Under the pieces are notes generated by a model that saw nothing but the letters and a program-made list of their open reading frames with translations, searched no databases and was not told the DNA's origin. DNA of 64,000 nt from Octopus sinensis (Eukaryota). The position numbers and the translations under genes were made by a program. The stretch lies in the NCBI RefSeq assembly GCF_006345805.1, contig NC_043004.1, forward strand, positions 92,814,001 to 92,878,000, given 5' to 3'. Shown in pieces: positions 23,060 to 35,980 of this stretch; positions within the stretch are counted from its first letter, which is position 1, and the number at the start of each line of letters is the position of its first letter.

Positions 23060-25560
23060 ATGCTAGATGTTCTATATATATAACAGCCACATATATTTTC
23101 ATTACTGGTGACTTCAGCCACCCTGAAATTGAATGGGAAACGTTTCGTTGGTAATAACCATTTGGACCTGCTCTTTACCACCTCTCCTAGAACTGTTATC
23201 AGTGTTGTGACAAAGGAACCTCTAAGTGACTCCAATCATGCTATGATCATTGCCATTCTGTCTCTTGTAGACAGAAACAAGAAGCACCACCACCGTCAAG
23301 CCACTCGCTTTGACTGGAACTGTTACCGTAAGGAGTTACGACACCTAAACTGGTTTGAATTTTACAATCCAGGGGATATCAATACTGTTTTTCAAAATAT
23401 CCTCAGTGCAGTCTGGATTGCATGTGAAGCATCACTACTGTACAAACGCTCTAGAAATAAAAACAATGCAATTTGGGAGACTGCAGCAGTTTGACTTGCC
23501 AGGAAAGATCGTTGTGATGCTGAACAGAAATACAGACAGCATAGAACAGATGAGAGCAGAAGAAGATGCAACAGATCATCTAACCGACTCAAGCAAGCAA
23601 CGAAAAAGGCAGTGCTTGAGTTTGAACGATGTATAGCAATTGGCAGATAGCCCTGACAGCAAAGTGTTCTGAAAATATGTGCGTTCAAAACAGAGTTCTC
23701 ACTCCCTAACTGGCCCTCTTCACGATCCCCACACAGGTCAGATGACTGATGACACCAAGGAATGCACTGAGCTTATTGCTGAATGCTATGCTGGCATTTT
23801 TACTGCTGATAACCCCAATGTATCTTCTTCACCAACTCTGACATTAAATTCCATAACATCTGTGAACTTCACACCCACAATGCTGTGAGACCACCTCAAG
23901 AATAAGCGCAACTATGCCTCTCCTGGTCTTGATGGTGTAACTTATTTTCTTCTCAAACGTGGTGAGTTCTTTCTATTGCACCAGCTTTCTTCCTTTTGTC
24001 AATTCTGCCTTAACAACTGTGTCACTTCAGAGCATTGGAAAATTGCCAATGTTATTCCCCTGTTCAAAACAGGTGATCTCACATCACCTGTCAACTACCC
24101 TCCAGTCAGCCTTACTAGCTGCATCACCAAACTGATGGAATCCTGTGTCAGGGAAACACTCTGGAACTTTTTGTGCTCTCACAGCCTTATTTAGCCCTCA
24201 CAATTTGTTTTTATCCCCAACTCCAGCTGCTGTAGTCGAGTTTCTTGAGGACATCACCTGAGTTATTGATGGCAGCTCATGGGTGGATACTGTCTACCCT
24301 GATTTTGCTAAAGCCTTCAACTCTGTACCACAAAAACGACTCATGGTAAAACTCCCTGCAGTGAGTGTGAAGGATGATCTCTATAACTGGCTGAAGTCCT
24401 TCATTCTCGGCCGGAAAGATGTAGTTACAGTTCTAGGACTTCGTTCTTAACCCTACGAGATTACTTCTGGTGTACCACAGGGATCTATTCTTGGACCCTT
24501 ACTGTTGGTTGCCTCGTCTGGCACCTGTGTCGGTGGCACATAAAATCACCCACTACACTCTCGGAGTGGTTGGCGTTAGGAAGGGCATCCAGCTGTAGAA
24601 ACACTGCCACATCTGACTGGCCTGGTGCAGCCTTCGGGCTTCCCAGACCCCAGTTGAACCGTCCAACCCATGCTAGCATGGAAAGCGGACGTTAAACGAT
24701 GATGATGATGATGATGATGATAGATGTCAATTTGAGGAATGTTTCAGTGCTGAAATATGCAGATGACACCAAGCTGTACCTTGGAATAAAAAGAACAGAT
24801 CCTATCCTGCAATCAGACCTGGATACAATGCAGCAGTGGACCTCTGACTGGCAACTCAAGCTAGCTGTAGACAAGTGTGTCACCATGCATTTTGGGAGGA
24901 AAAATCCAGCCTCTACATACTCCCTCAGCAACACCAATCTCAAGAGGTCTTCTGGTGGACATGTTCTGGGTATTATTGTAAACAATAATCTGCATTGGAC
25001 AAACCACATATCAAAGATTGTCAAAAAGGCTGAGTGGGTACTAGCATCACTCAGTAAGACCTTTGTCAGCCACTCTCCAGCTATCTACTTAAAATTGTAT
25101 ACAACAATGGTATGTCAACACTTGGAATTTGCATCCACCAGTCTGGAACCCCTCTCTTGCTCAGCATATAAATCTCCTGAAAACTTCAGAAATGTGCAAC
25201 AAAGCAAATACTCACCGTCAGACATCTACCATACTCTGAACGTCTTGCATTCCTAGGCATGGACACATTGAAGCTCAGACGTCTGGCAACTAACTTGACT
25301 GACACCCACAAGACGATCCACCAACAACAGCCTTGGGTACCTTTTTGAATTCCATATGACAAACACTCACGGACATGCTTATAAAATCAAAAAGCAACAC
25401 AGCACCCACGACTTTCAGAAATAATTTTTCATGCCCAGAATTGCAGAAGCATGGAATAAACCACCCGCAACAGTTGTTAGCTGTCGAGACACTACATCCT
25501 TCAAAACTTCCATGTGTCCTGAAATCCGCCAACAGTACACCTGATGGCCATTTTTTTGTC
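23060..25560 (+). mobile_element. degenerate CR1-like LINE ORF2 (end of APE, RT, 3' end)
   Basis: NHLDLLFT...LSDSNHAMI, WKIANVIPLFKTGD...NYPPVSLTS, DFAKAFNSVP, GVPQGSILGPLL, YADDTKLY; many stops and frameshifts. Confidence 0.88.
24513..24720 (+). mobile_element. RTE-type 3' end nested inside the CR1 RT domain
   Basis: Inserted between GPLLLVA and VN...YADDTK; ends in (GAT)n. Confidence 0.85.
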
Positions 25561-26029
25561 TTTTTATTTGTAGTGCACCTGAACACTGTATACAACAATT
25601 TCCTTTATCATTATATATGTGTGTGTGTGTGTTGACTTTCTGTGCAGTATTTTAGGTCTGTTAGTCAATGTAATGTCACACACTCACTTCTGTTCCCACT
25701 CAGTGGTACCCTACACAGTGTTCAATATTTGGTGCAAGACTGTCTCTCTTTTCTATCTATTTCTCTGTCCTTCTCCTCTCCCCTCTACATACCTCTCTAC
25801 CTATCTGCTGCTTTTCTCTCTTTACTGCCTTCCATTCCTTCCTCTGTCCATCTCTGTCAACTACCTACTGTCTATCTTTATTCCCTTATTTCTCCGCACT
25901 CTCTCTTTCTTCCTACTTGCTCTTCCCTAACCTTCTCTACTCTCTTTCTTCACTTTTTGGTACCAAAAAACAACCCAATTTTTTATCACTCATCGTTTTT
26001 ATACTTGACCAGTGCATAGGTAAAACATC

Positions 26030-26215
26030 ATTGTTTAATGTCCATTTTCCATGCTGGCATAGGTTGAACGGTTTGACTGGGGCCTGGAAAGCCAGGAGGC
26101 TGCACCAGGCTCCAGTCTGATCTGGCAGTGTTTCTACAGCTGGATGCCCTTCCTAATGCCAACCACTCTGAGAGTGTAGTGGGTGCTTTTTTACGTGCCA
26201 CCGGCACAGGAGCCA
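26030..26215 (-). mobile_element. RTE-type 3' end fragment
   Basis: TTTAATGTCCATTTTCCATGCTGGCAT...GTGCCACCGGCACAGG. Confidence 0.75.
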
Positions 26216-26499
26216 AACTCCTGCCTAGTACTCATTTCAGATCCCCAGTTTATCTTTTCACTTTTCATTCTTTTCTTTCCTTCTAACTTCCTTCCCTGTA
26301 CCCCATCTCTCTATCCTTCTCCTGAGCCTTCTCATTGTACCTTTGGAACACAAGCGCCACTATTTTCTTCCTGCTTTTTTTTTTGTTAGTTTTTGTCATT
26401 TTGAAATACTTGCAATTTGTATTTTTACTGCTTATGTTAGCTCTGATTGATGCATTTCCAAAATTAAACATTTTAATATGCAAAATATACTTCACATTA

Positions 26500-27010
26500 T
26501 TACATATACTATGCATTAATGCAAAAGATATTGTGTTTATTGGCTATCTTCAAAATGATTACACCATCAATGGAAAATTTCAATACCAACTTCCTAAGGT
26601 AGTTATGAAAGGCTATCAAGACCAAACACCCAAAAACTGATGAATGGAGTCTTGTTTCATTTGGACAATGCTTCAGCATGCAAATCCCTGGTTTCAATGG
26701 CTGCTGTGTGCAACTGGCTTTGAACTGGTTGATCACCCTCCCTATGTTAGTGATTTGGTTCCTTCTGGTTATCATCTGTTTCCCAACATAGAAAAACACT
26801 CAGCTGAGCACCAGTATCACTATGATGAGAACATCTTATCTGTTGTTGATGACCATTTTGATCAACAGAAAAGCTTTTTCACCAGTGCGACCCAAGCACT
26901 GCAACTACTTATGGAAGTGTGTGGACAGTAAGAGGAACTATGTCAGAAAATGAACTTCATTTGGTCACATTCCATTGAGAGTGTCTTGCTCAGATTATGA
27001 ACATTTCAGC
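26500..27010 (+). mobile_element. mariner transposase C-terminal relic
   Basis: GVLFHLDNAS and GFELVDHPPYVSDLVPSGYHLFPNI (cf. mariner HPPYSPDLAPSDYHLF). Confidence 0.85.
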
Positions 27011-27159
27011 TGACCCTCATAATAATAAAAATTATTATTATACCTGCACTTGTTTTAATGTTAACATTGGAAAAATCCACATTTTTCATAAAGAAATTAG
27101 GACCTGGGTTTGCACCCCCTTAGCAAATTTTGTTGCTGGGCCACTGCATATATATATAA

Positions 27160-27988
27160 CTAGCAGTATTGCCCGGCTTGTGCACTCGTGCGTTCTATGC
27201 ACGAGTGAATTAAGCTAAACTTGGATGAAGTTCAATCAAAATACAATTATTTTGGTTTTAAAATCAAGCATTTAATGTCCTCTATTTTTGTGCTTATGTG
27301 TTCCATTTCCTCAATAGGAAGTACGTAGAAGCGTTTCATAAATTTTTGTTGATCAAATAATTGCATTGTTGAATTATTCTTTTAGATCAGTATTTCTCAA
27401 TGGGGATTTCAGAGGAGAGTTTCATGGAGTCACTGGCGATGTATCGTGATGATCAAAAATCCGGCCTGCTAAAATTTGGTTAAAGTGATTCAAACTGCAA
27501 ACTCGACACAAAATAGTCACATTTAATTCAAAGCGTTAAAAATGTTATGAAAACAATTGGTATGTGTTCACAAAGTCCAAACGATTAATACGAAAAAACC
27601 CTCCAGGCTACATCCCGAAAATTCATTTCTTTGCCGTATTTCTTCAATATTTACGACGATTCGTTTTTACATCTTGATTTTTTTATTTTTCATGCAATTT
27701 ACGCATGCTTGCATGCATGCGTGGTGAACACAGTCCACGTCCAACAGCTGACTGAGTAAAGTTTCCTATTCAATGGATGGGATAAGGCCTAAACAAACAC
27801 ATTATCGATTTTTGCACTTGCGAGATGAATTTCAGAACAGAAATAGCGTAGTTCAATTTTCATTCGCCTAAACTTTAAGTGACCCATTTTTGGTGGTTCT
27901 ACGATTTGTTGGCTAGGAGGAGATATGCCGGGAAGTTAAACACACAGATACACACACAGACACACAAGTTGAGTTTTATATATATAGA
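27160..27988 (-). mobile_element. non-autonomous Helitron-like element (long form)
   Basis: Reverse strand 5' TCTATATATATAAAACTCAACTTGTG; 3' GCCGGGCAATACTGCTAG, the same ends as 20268-20648. Confidence 0.75.
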
Positions 27989-27999
27989 TATTCATACAG

Positions 28000-28340
28000 C
28001 ACACACAGAACTTAGTTTTGCTGATGTGGGCAGGTTTTCTCGATATCCACATATCACCAGTTACCTGGTCCCTTGTCATCTCCTCCGTGAGGTTCAAGGT
28101 CTTGGGAGCAGCCTTCAACCATTCGTCCTCTGTCTTCCTGGGTTTCCTTCTTCTGCAAACTCCATTCACATTAAGTACTTCTTTATGTAAGAACTACTTC
28201 TTTATATAACTGTCCTCATCCATACAGCTGTCCATATCAACACAGTCTTCTTTATTGTCCACTACATCTAATTCCTTTTAAGCCTACTTTTTCTTTCAGC
28301 ACATTTGTACTATGTCATTCGTGGATACTTATATCGCATA
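28000..28340 (-). mobile_element. RTE-like LINE ORF2 3' fragment
   Basis: MNGVCRRRKPRKT...TLNLTEEMTRD, similar to the other RTE termini. Confidence 0.65.
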
Positions 28341-28609
28341 TCCAATGCAGCATAGTTATCAGTACCATGATAAAATACCCTCAGTATACTCTGCAAAGTG
28401 ATTGGACCACCAGCTGCAGAAACTATGCCAAAAATAGAATGTACAAGTGAAACGTGGTCATCTAATCCATCTTGGAGAGAAGAAACTCTGAATAAGAACT
28501 AATATGGACCATGAAAACTTTCTCAATTAATATCAATATGAAAAGTAGACAAAAAAATTATGATAATTACATATCTGTGTATGGATGTGAAAGTCTATAT
28601 TAATGTCTT

Positions 28610-28960
28610 TCACTTGTTATCCATTTGTTTCAGTCATTAAACTTTGGCCATGCTGGGGTACTGCCTTGAAGAGTTTAGTCAAAGAAATCAACCGCAATAC
28701 TTTTTGTCTTCTAAGGCCTGCTACTTATTCTATCATTTTCTTTTTTCTAAACCGTTAGGTTATAGCAATGTAAACAGATGCATGCACAAGATGCACACAT
28801 AGGTATAAACATATATATATGCTACAGGCTTCTTTCAGTTCCCATCTACAAAATCTACTCACAAGGCTTTGGTCAGCCTGGGGAGATAGTAGAAGACACT
28901 TGCCCAAGATGCCACATGGAACCTAGAACCAGGGGGTCAGGGAGCAAGCTTTGCCAGTGA
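28610..28960 (-). mobile_element. diverged family A SINE
   Basis: TTGTTTCAGTCATT...AGAAGACACTTGCCCAAG reverse match. Confidence 0.7.
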
Positions 28961-29755
28961 CTTTAAGGTTTCCTCAGTAGTTGGCCTTATCAAGACTGTT
29001 GCCTGACAAAGTCAACTACTTGCAAAACTTCAAAGTTACAGTCAATAAAATAATTAATAATATTAATAATATTTCCCTTATAGGTACAAGGCCTGAAATT
29101 TTGGGGAAGGGGAATAATTAATTGCATTGACCCCAGTGCTCAACTGGTACTAATTAACTAATTTTGTTGACTCTGAAAGGATGAAAGGTAAAGTCTACCA
29201 CAACGAAATTTGAACTTAGTACATAAACATAGACAATAATAATAATGATATTAATGATGACTTGAGTCTTTTCTTCAAATTATATCCACTGTTTTATATT
29301 TATAAAAAACATTCTTTAAATATATAAACATGTCTGTGTGTGTGAAAATGAAAATATCCAGTGACTTTTAATGGATTGTTGGGTCATTAGTGAGGGCTCA
29401 GTCCCCATGTCATTTCTCAGGGGACATGTCAGTCCAGTGGATCTTTGATGTCTGTCTGGGCCATTGCTCAAGAAGAAAATTACCGATATGAATAAGGAGC
29501 AGATGATACAAAGTGGGATGTCTGGGTTTCAAACCTACCATGCATACTCGGTTATTTTTTGTGGGCGGTGGGGGTTGTTTATTGCTATATACATACGTTA
29601 TGTCTTCAATTTCAAAGACAACCACATGAAGGAAACATGTGTTTAAAATACGTACATACATATATGTGTTTGTGTGTGTGTGTATATATATATATATATA
29701 CACACATATACATATATATATATATACACACAAACACACATATATATATGCATAT

Positions 29756-29828
<73 letters not shown>

Positions 29829-29889
29829 TATAGAAGCACACACATATGTATATATACACACACAGACATATATATCTATATATATATAT

Positions 29890-30950
29890 ATTAAAAATAG
29901 AGAAGGCTGGTTTATGGGATTACCTTAGGTTTCCTGTCCATAAAGGGTTTAGCTTTATGACGTATTGTCAGATCCTGAAAACCTGTTGGCCCAAGACCTC
30001 TTAAAAATATGGAGGGGGAAATGCCTCGCAACTCAAAGATAACGACTGGGAATTATCTCCCTTTGCTAATGACCATTAACTTCCAGTTGTGCCACAATCT
30101 TGCGGGCACCAGAAGGCTAGCAGAAGCCTCCTGAAATATAAACATGGTCCGAAAAAATCCATTCTGGAATTAAGGATACTCCCTGGTGCAAGTGAGTCTG
30201 TTAGGATTCTTGCATGTACAGCTATGCATAACTTGCAATGCTTCATCCCGTTGATGTAGAGGCCTGAGTTCTTTTCCCTGAGATCGAGTATGGAATCCCA
30301 TCATCTCTTAGTTGCCAGAAATGGCTGGCTAGTGATGTTATGTATCTTCTTTCCAGAACTCTGAAGGAGGAACTGTGGTTGGAGAGATGTTGCTTAAAAG
30401 AGTTCCCAGAACATTCAATGTATCTCCATTGGCAGTTCCTCCGATGGCAACATCCCAAACAATAACAACAACAGCAGCAGCATTGCCATCAGCACCAGCA
30501 TTATCAACAATAACACAATAACACAACAGTGCCTTCGCCATAACCAGCAGTGGTGATACCATTACCAATGCTAACATCACCTCCAGTGACACCAACACCA
30601 ACAGCCCCAGCTCCAAAGACAACAATGTCAGCTGTAGCAGCTACAACAACAATAACAACACATACAGCACCGACAACACACAACCATGGAGACACATTGG
30701 ATGTTCTAGGAACTCTTTTAAGCGATGTCTCTCCAACCACAGGTCCTCCTTCAGAGTGCCAGAAATGAGATATGTGACATCATTGGCCAGCCAGATCTGG
30801 CAACTAAGAGTTGATGGGATTCCATACACAATCTCATGGAAAATCCTCCAGAACTAAAGCATATACATCAACAGGATGAAGCGTTGTAAGTTATGCATAG
30901 CTGAACATGCAAGAATCCTCAGATTCACTTGAACCAGGGAACATCCTTAA
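29890..30950 (-). mobile_element. Penelope-like retroelement relic: GIY-YIG C-terminus and 3' tail (minus), plus an inverted partial copy (30686-30950)
   Basis: YIECSGNSFKQHLSNHSSSFR...SLASHFWQLR (minus); NSFKRCLSNHRSSFR...YTISWKIL...KRCKLCIAEHARIL (plus); inserted in (TA)n. Confidence 0.78.
29917..29975 (-). ncRNA. degenerate minimal type I hammerhead ribozyme motif, probably inactive
   Basis: GGAU CUGACAA [GUCAUAAAG/CUUUAUGGAC stem] GAAAC CUAAG GUA AUCC; G8 replaced by A. Confidence 0.55.
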
Positions 30951-30958
30951 ATATATAT

Positions 30959-31007
<49 letters not shown>

Positions 31008-32134
31008 TATATACACTCCTTATATATATGAATAGAGGTGTATAGACACACACACATTTCTCTTTTATGGAAAGATAACTACACATGCATACCACTGTCA
31101 TCATGATTTTCACCAATACACATAAAATATATGAATTTTTAAATACACAACCACAAGCACACAGATGCACAGTGGATCTTTGATATCTGTCTGGGCCATT
31201 GCTCAAGAAGAAAATCACCGATACGAATAAGGAGCAAATGATGCAAAGTGGGATGTCTGGGTTTCAAACCTACCATGCATACTCGGTTATTTTTTGTGGG
31301 CGATGGGGGTTGTTTATTGCTATATACATACGTTATGTCTCCAGTTTCAAACATAACCACATGAAGGAAACATGTGTCTAAAATACATACATACATATAT
31401 ATATCTACACATATTCCTATTTTATGGAAAGATAACTACACATGCATACCAATATCATCATGATTTTCACCTATATACATAAAATATATGCATTTTTAAA
31501 TACACAATCACAAGCATACAGATGCACAAACATACACTGTTTGAACAGATAACCCCCTACACACATACACACAAATATACACTGTTTCCACATATATAGC
31601 CATGTGCACACTGTACATTCTGGCTACTAGAAATACACTAGTTAATGCCACACACATACACACATCCATATTTACACATTCTTCTGACTGTATATCACTC
31701 ACTATACACATCCTGTCCAACAATTCATACACATACACATACCTTCACAAATATTTATTCCCCGCTTTACCAAGGCTTGCAGATAAGAGTAGAGTTAATG
31801 TTACTGACTAACATTAAGGCAGAATCATTAGCACACTGGGTAAAATGCTTAGAGGCGTTTCCTCTGTCTTTTATGTTCTGAGTTCAAATTGTGCAGAGGC
31901 TGACTTTGTCTTTCGTCATTTCAGGGTCTATAAAGTAAGTAGCAGTTGAACACTGGGGTTGATGTAATTGACTTACTTCCTTCCCTGAACTTGCTGGCCT
32001 TGAGCCAAAATTTAAAATCAATATTACTGACTAACCTTACACATTCTTCCCACTAATTCACACACAAGTATCGATGCATACACACACTACAGCCATCCCT
32101 TGCTTCAGCAATGCTACTTACACTTCCTCTGGGA

Positions 32135-32521
32135 TCATTTGGTAACTTTCTTCCCCCTTATGGGATGGGTGTTTGGGACATCTGGTACAGGGGTAACAGT
32201 AAACATTTTTTCCTTGCCCACCACATGGAAAAGTGGTTCTAGCCGAAATTTCTGATGTTTATCATTCGCTTCTTCAGAGTTGCTACGGCTGTGTTGTAAT
32301 TCATAGGAAAAATGCCTTCGCGAAGTAAAGAATTCAACGGGAATGTGCTCTGGAGAAGTAGGAAATAATGGTTGTGCTACTCTAACCCCTGGGGATAGCT
32401 CAATCGCCCCAGGGTTGGGAAATTTTGAGTCATGCAAAGTATGAGTATTGTCATGGGTGACTTTATTGTTTGGTTTGGTTTCATGTACCTTCGAACTGGA
32501 GTCAAATTTGCCTGTTGGATC
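32135..32521 (-). CDS. DUF389-family paralog 2 (-), terminal exon O (DPTGKFDSSS...PIRGKKVTK*)
   Basis: ttcatag|GAT acceptor; 387 nt open in phase 0 to TGA; homologous to 13906-14337. Confidence 0.82.
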   Translation of the reverse strand, partial: DPTGKFDSSSKVHETKPNNKVTHDNTHTLHDSKFPNPGAIELSPGVRVAQPLFPTSPEHIPVEFFTSRRHFSYELQHSRSNSEEANDKHQKFRLEPLFHVVGKEKMFTVTPVPDVPNTHPIRGKKVTK

Positions 32522-32863
32522 CTATGAACGAAAATGATAAAAAAAGTAAATAAAAAATAGAAAAATTAAGAAAATTTAATTTTTTTTCACCCCACACTCT
32601 CTCTTACCCCTCCTATGCTTTTGATGAAGGATTAACATTCAAAGCATTATAGCAAATTCAGAATTGTGGTGTACCCTAGCGGCCAGTTATTGTAAATGTG
32701 AAAATCATTTCTAGATAATTCTGAGCAGGATTAGAAGTTTCAATTTTAAATTGAAAATGAGGGAGAACTATGTGTAGAATCTAGGCATTTGTTTTCTTTA
32801 GAGTGTTCAGCTATCTAATTTGTCAAACTATATTTTTCTTGTGTCATCTTTTCTAATATAAAT

Positions 32864-32908
<45 letters not shown>

Positions 32909-33074
32909 ACTTATTTATTCTATATCCTTTTAAATTGAACACAGTAGAAGGGTGAATGAATATATTTATATACATACATAGAGATAGACAGAGAAGAGAT
33001 AGTCTGTTCCCATATGTGCATGTATATACACATATATATGTAGGTGTGTACATCTATGTATGTATATGCATAGT

Positions 33075-33600
33075 TTAAGTACCTTGTGGACCTAAGAAGC
33101 ATCAGTTGTGGTGTGCAAGAGAAACAATTGCACTGGTATGGTCATGTAGCGAGAATGGCTGAAGATAGCTGTGTGAAAAAGTGCCACACCCTAGCAGTTG
33201 AGGGGACCTGTGGAAGAGGTAGATCCAGGAAAACCTGGGATGAGGTGGGGAAGCATGTCCTTCGAACATTAGGCCTCACCAAGGTAATGACTAGTGACCG
33301 AGATCTTTCGAAATATGCTGTGTGTGAGAAGACCCGGCAGGACAAGTGAGACCATTACCCGTGGCCTTTAACAGGGAAGTAGCCAACCCACCTATGCATA
33401 CTTTTCCTTCTTTGGACACAAAGCACTGCTTGCGAAGACCTGTTGAGTCAAGTGAAATCGAAATTGATTTCGAAATCGAACCAAATTCAACGACTGGCAC
33501 CCATGCTAACCTCCCTTCATTAGATACTAAACTCTGCTTAGATACTAAACTCTGTAAACAAGTGCCCACCACTGAAGAGATGTAAAAAGATTGAACCCAT
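33075..33600 (+). mobile_element. RTE-LINE ORF2 end and partial 3' UTR
   Basis: LHWYGHVARMAEDSCVKKCHTLAVEGTCGRGRSRKTWDEV. Confidence 0.85.
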
Positions 33601-34849
33601 GTGCCTAGTGGTCTTGAGACTAGGGTAACAGGAGTTCTCTCCTCCATGCAATGAATAGCGAGTGCGTAAGCACACAGTAATAATTAGCTGGAGGAGGTGT
33701 TTTACTGGGGTTAAAATGCAGTATCATTGTCTCTTAGAATGGTGATAAACTCTACCGTTTTGGTTTGTATACTTCTTCTATCTCATACAGAGATTTTCTA
33801 ATAGATTATTTATATGTATGTAAGTAAGTATATAAATACCTTAATATGTGTGTGTCTTTAATAAAATGGGACAACAAGGCCAAGGCTGTGTGGAATTTTC
33901 AGGACATTTATACAGAGAAAGTTAGTCTTATACCATTTCTGGGATATTAGGGATATTCTTTGATTAGAGACAATATGATATGGTTAAATAGAGGGAAATA
34001 GTAGAGTTCAATATAAGGAGTTATTTGGAAAAGGATGGAAATAAGAAGTATAAATAGCAATAAGAGAATAAAAGTAAAAATTAAAATATATATAAAGATG
34101 TTATAGTTGCAGTTCCATTATCCAAGGAAAGTGGTAGAAATGCTTCTTGTACATGGTATGTAAATTTTGGTAGGTGTTCATATTTTGTCATTACAAATGG
34201 AAAATGTGGAGATGTAGATTCCATGTGCTGTTCATTCAAAGGGGTTTTGTGATGTGAGTGAAATTTTGAGAATGTAGTGGTGGTATTAATTAGACAGAGA
34301 GGAGAGAAAGAATGTGTGTTAAAATGAGGAGAATGGTCAAAAGGAATAGGTGAGGAAAGAACAAAGAAAGAAAGAGGAAGAGAAAATTAAAAAGGAGTGT
34401 TAGTTGGTGGTCAAGATATTATGAGGGGGATGTGAGAGGAGTAGAGGAAAGATAGGAAGAGATAAGAATGCAAGGAATAAATATGTGTGAGGAGTGGATG
34501 TGGGGTGATATGTTTGAAAGGCACTAGGGTGGAGGGATGGGTACAGAAAATGGTAAAGGGGTGGGTTACTAAAGTGTGTAGAAAATCTCAAAAAGGAAGG
34601 GAAGAATATTAAGATATAATGGTCAAGTTTCTAAAAATAGATGGAGGTGTTTATTGTAGTGGCTAATGTGATAGTGGGGGCACACACATACACATGCATG
34701 TGTATATGCACTATTATATAGGCCCACATACTTATGAACTTAAACTTAAATGCATATATATATATATATATATGCACATACACATACACAAACAAACACA
34801 CATACCCATAGATATATGCCTATGGAGGAATTAAGAGGTCAGAAATAGG

Positions 34850-35379
34850 AACAGATGAAGTTATAGAAATTCTCCAACAACCGCTACTTCTAACTCTTTC
34901 TGGAGGTGTGACAAGGAACTGAATCCTGCTGCTTTATGTATGGCCTTTCAGCAGCAACCCTTTGCAACCAGTGTTTGACAAGTCTCCAGCAGCTTCACAT
35001 AGGCATCTGAATTGAGCCTGAGGCTTTGTTCAAAGATGTGTAGTTGTATGATGTCACTCTCACAGGAGACATCCCAAAGACCATCACAATTTGAGGGAAC
35101 TTAGTTATCATGATGTCAGGTCATGTCTTACAACCTTTACAGTGTTTGCAGAGCATTGAGCAGCAATCATGGTGTCAGAATTTTGATACCCAGCTGAAAC
35201 CATCATGATACAAGTAACTCTTTTCTAATATGACTTTCAGTCCTCCATGTGAGCTAACTTTTTCTCAATTACATCTTTAATCTTAATGCTTTCCAATGTT
35301 GTTAACTTTTCACCAATACATCAAGCTGTTCCTCAAAAAAGGAGACTTAACAACTGTCAAATTTAGCCCAAACACCTTG
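34850..35379 (-). mobile_element. Tc1-like relic, same family as 11386-12225
   Basis: Co-directional similarity to ~11750-12225, including the end AAATTTAGCCCAAACACCTTG|TA. Confidence 0.7.
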
Positions 35380-35552
35380 TAGGTTCAGAGAGTCAACTCA
35401 AGGAAGGGATTTCAACATACAAAAAGGTGGAAGAAGGAAATGTTATGAAGATATTCAGGGATATTGCATGTAACGAAAGAGATAAGACAGAGCTAAGTTA
35501 TCTGGAAGGTTTCCTGTATTTATTGTAGCCCTATCTAATCACTGTTGCTTAA

Positions 35553-35771
35553 CCCTTTCGTTATCATGTTTATTTGGGGATGCAGGTGTTTCTTTCAATT
35601 ACTTTAAATATAACAAAAATTTAGTAAAATAGCATAGTTACGATTAAGCTAGTGTTACAAACATAATTTGTGACTAAGGTTTGATGGAAGATTCTAATTC
35701 AAAACTTATGAAAACAAGACATTTGTACTACAGAACCAGAGCCGATTTCAGCCAGGTCGGTATCAAATGGG
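35553..35771. mobile_element. piggyBac-like MITE (219 bp)
   Basis: TTAA|CCCTTTCGTTATC ... GGTATCAAATGGG|TTAA: TTAA duplication and imperfect CCC-initiated TIRs. Confidence 0.8.
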
Positions 35772-35920
35772 TTAAGGAAGAGAACTGGGGGAGGGGAGGA
35801 GGAGGATTACAAATAGACAGCACCCTGGTAGATAAAGCAATTAAGGCTATGAAGTCAGGAAAAGTCCTTGGCCCATCAGTGCAAACAACTGGAATGATGT
35901 TTCATGGTCTGGACACACAC

Positions 35921-35980
35921 CATGTTAGATGGTACTGTGAGGTCTGGAGATCTCTTCAGCCACTTTGGAAATCTGTATTT
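35921..35980 (-). CDS. candidate additional 60-nt exon of paralog 2 (KYRFPKWLKRSPDLTVPSNM)
   Basis: Same splice signals and frame as 5823-5882. Confidence 0.35.

Noticed and set aside
30550-30768. Mucin-like Thr/Pro/Ala-rich gene
   Set aside because: It is the low-complexity spacer within the Penelope-like inverted structure and runs into the GIY-YIG arm out of frame; no exon context.
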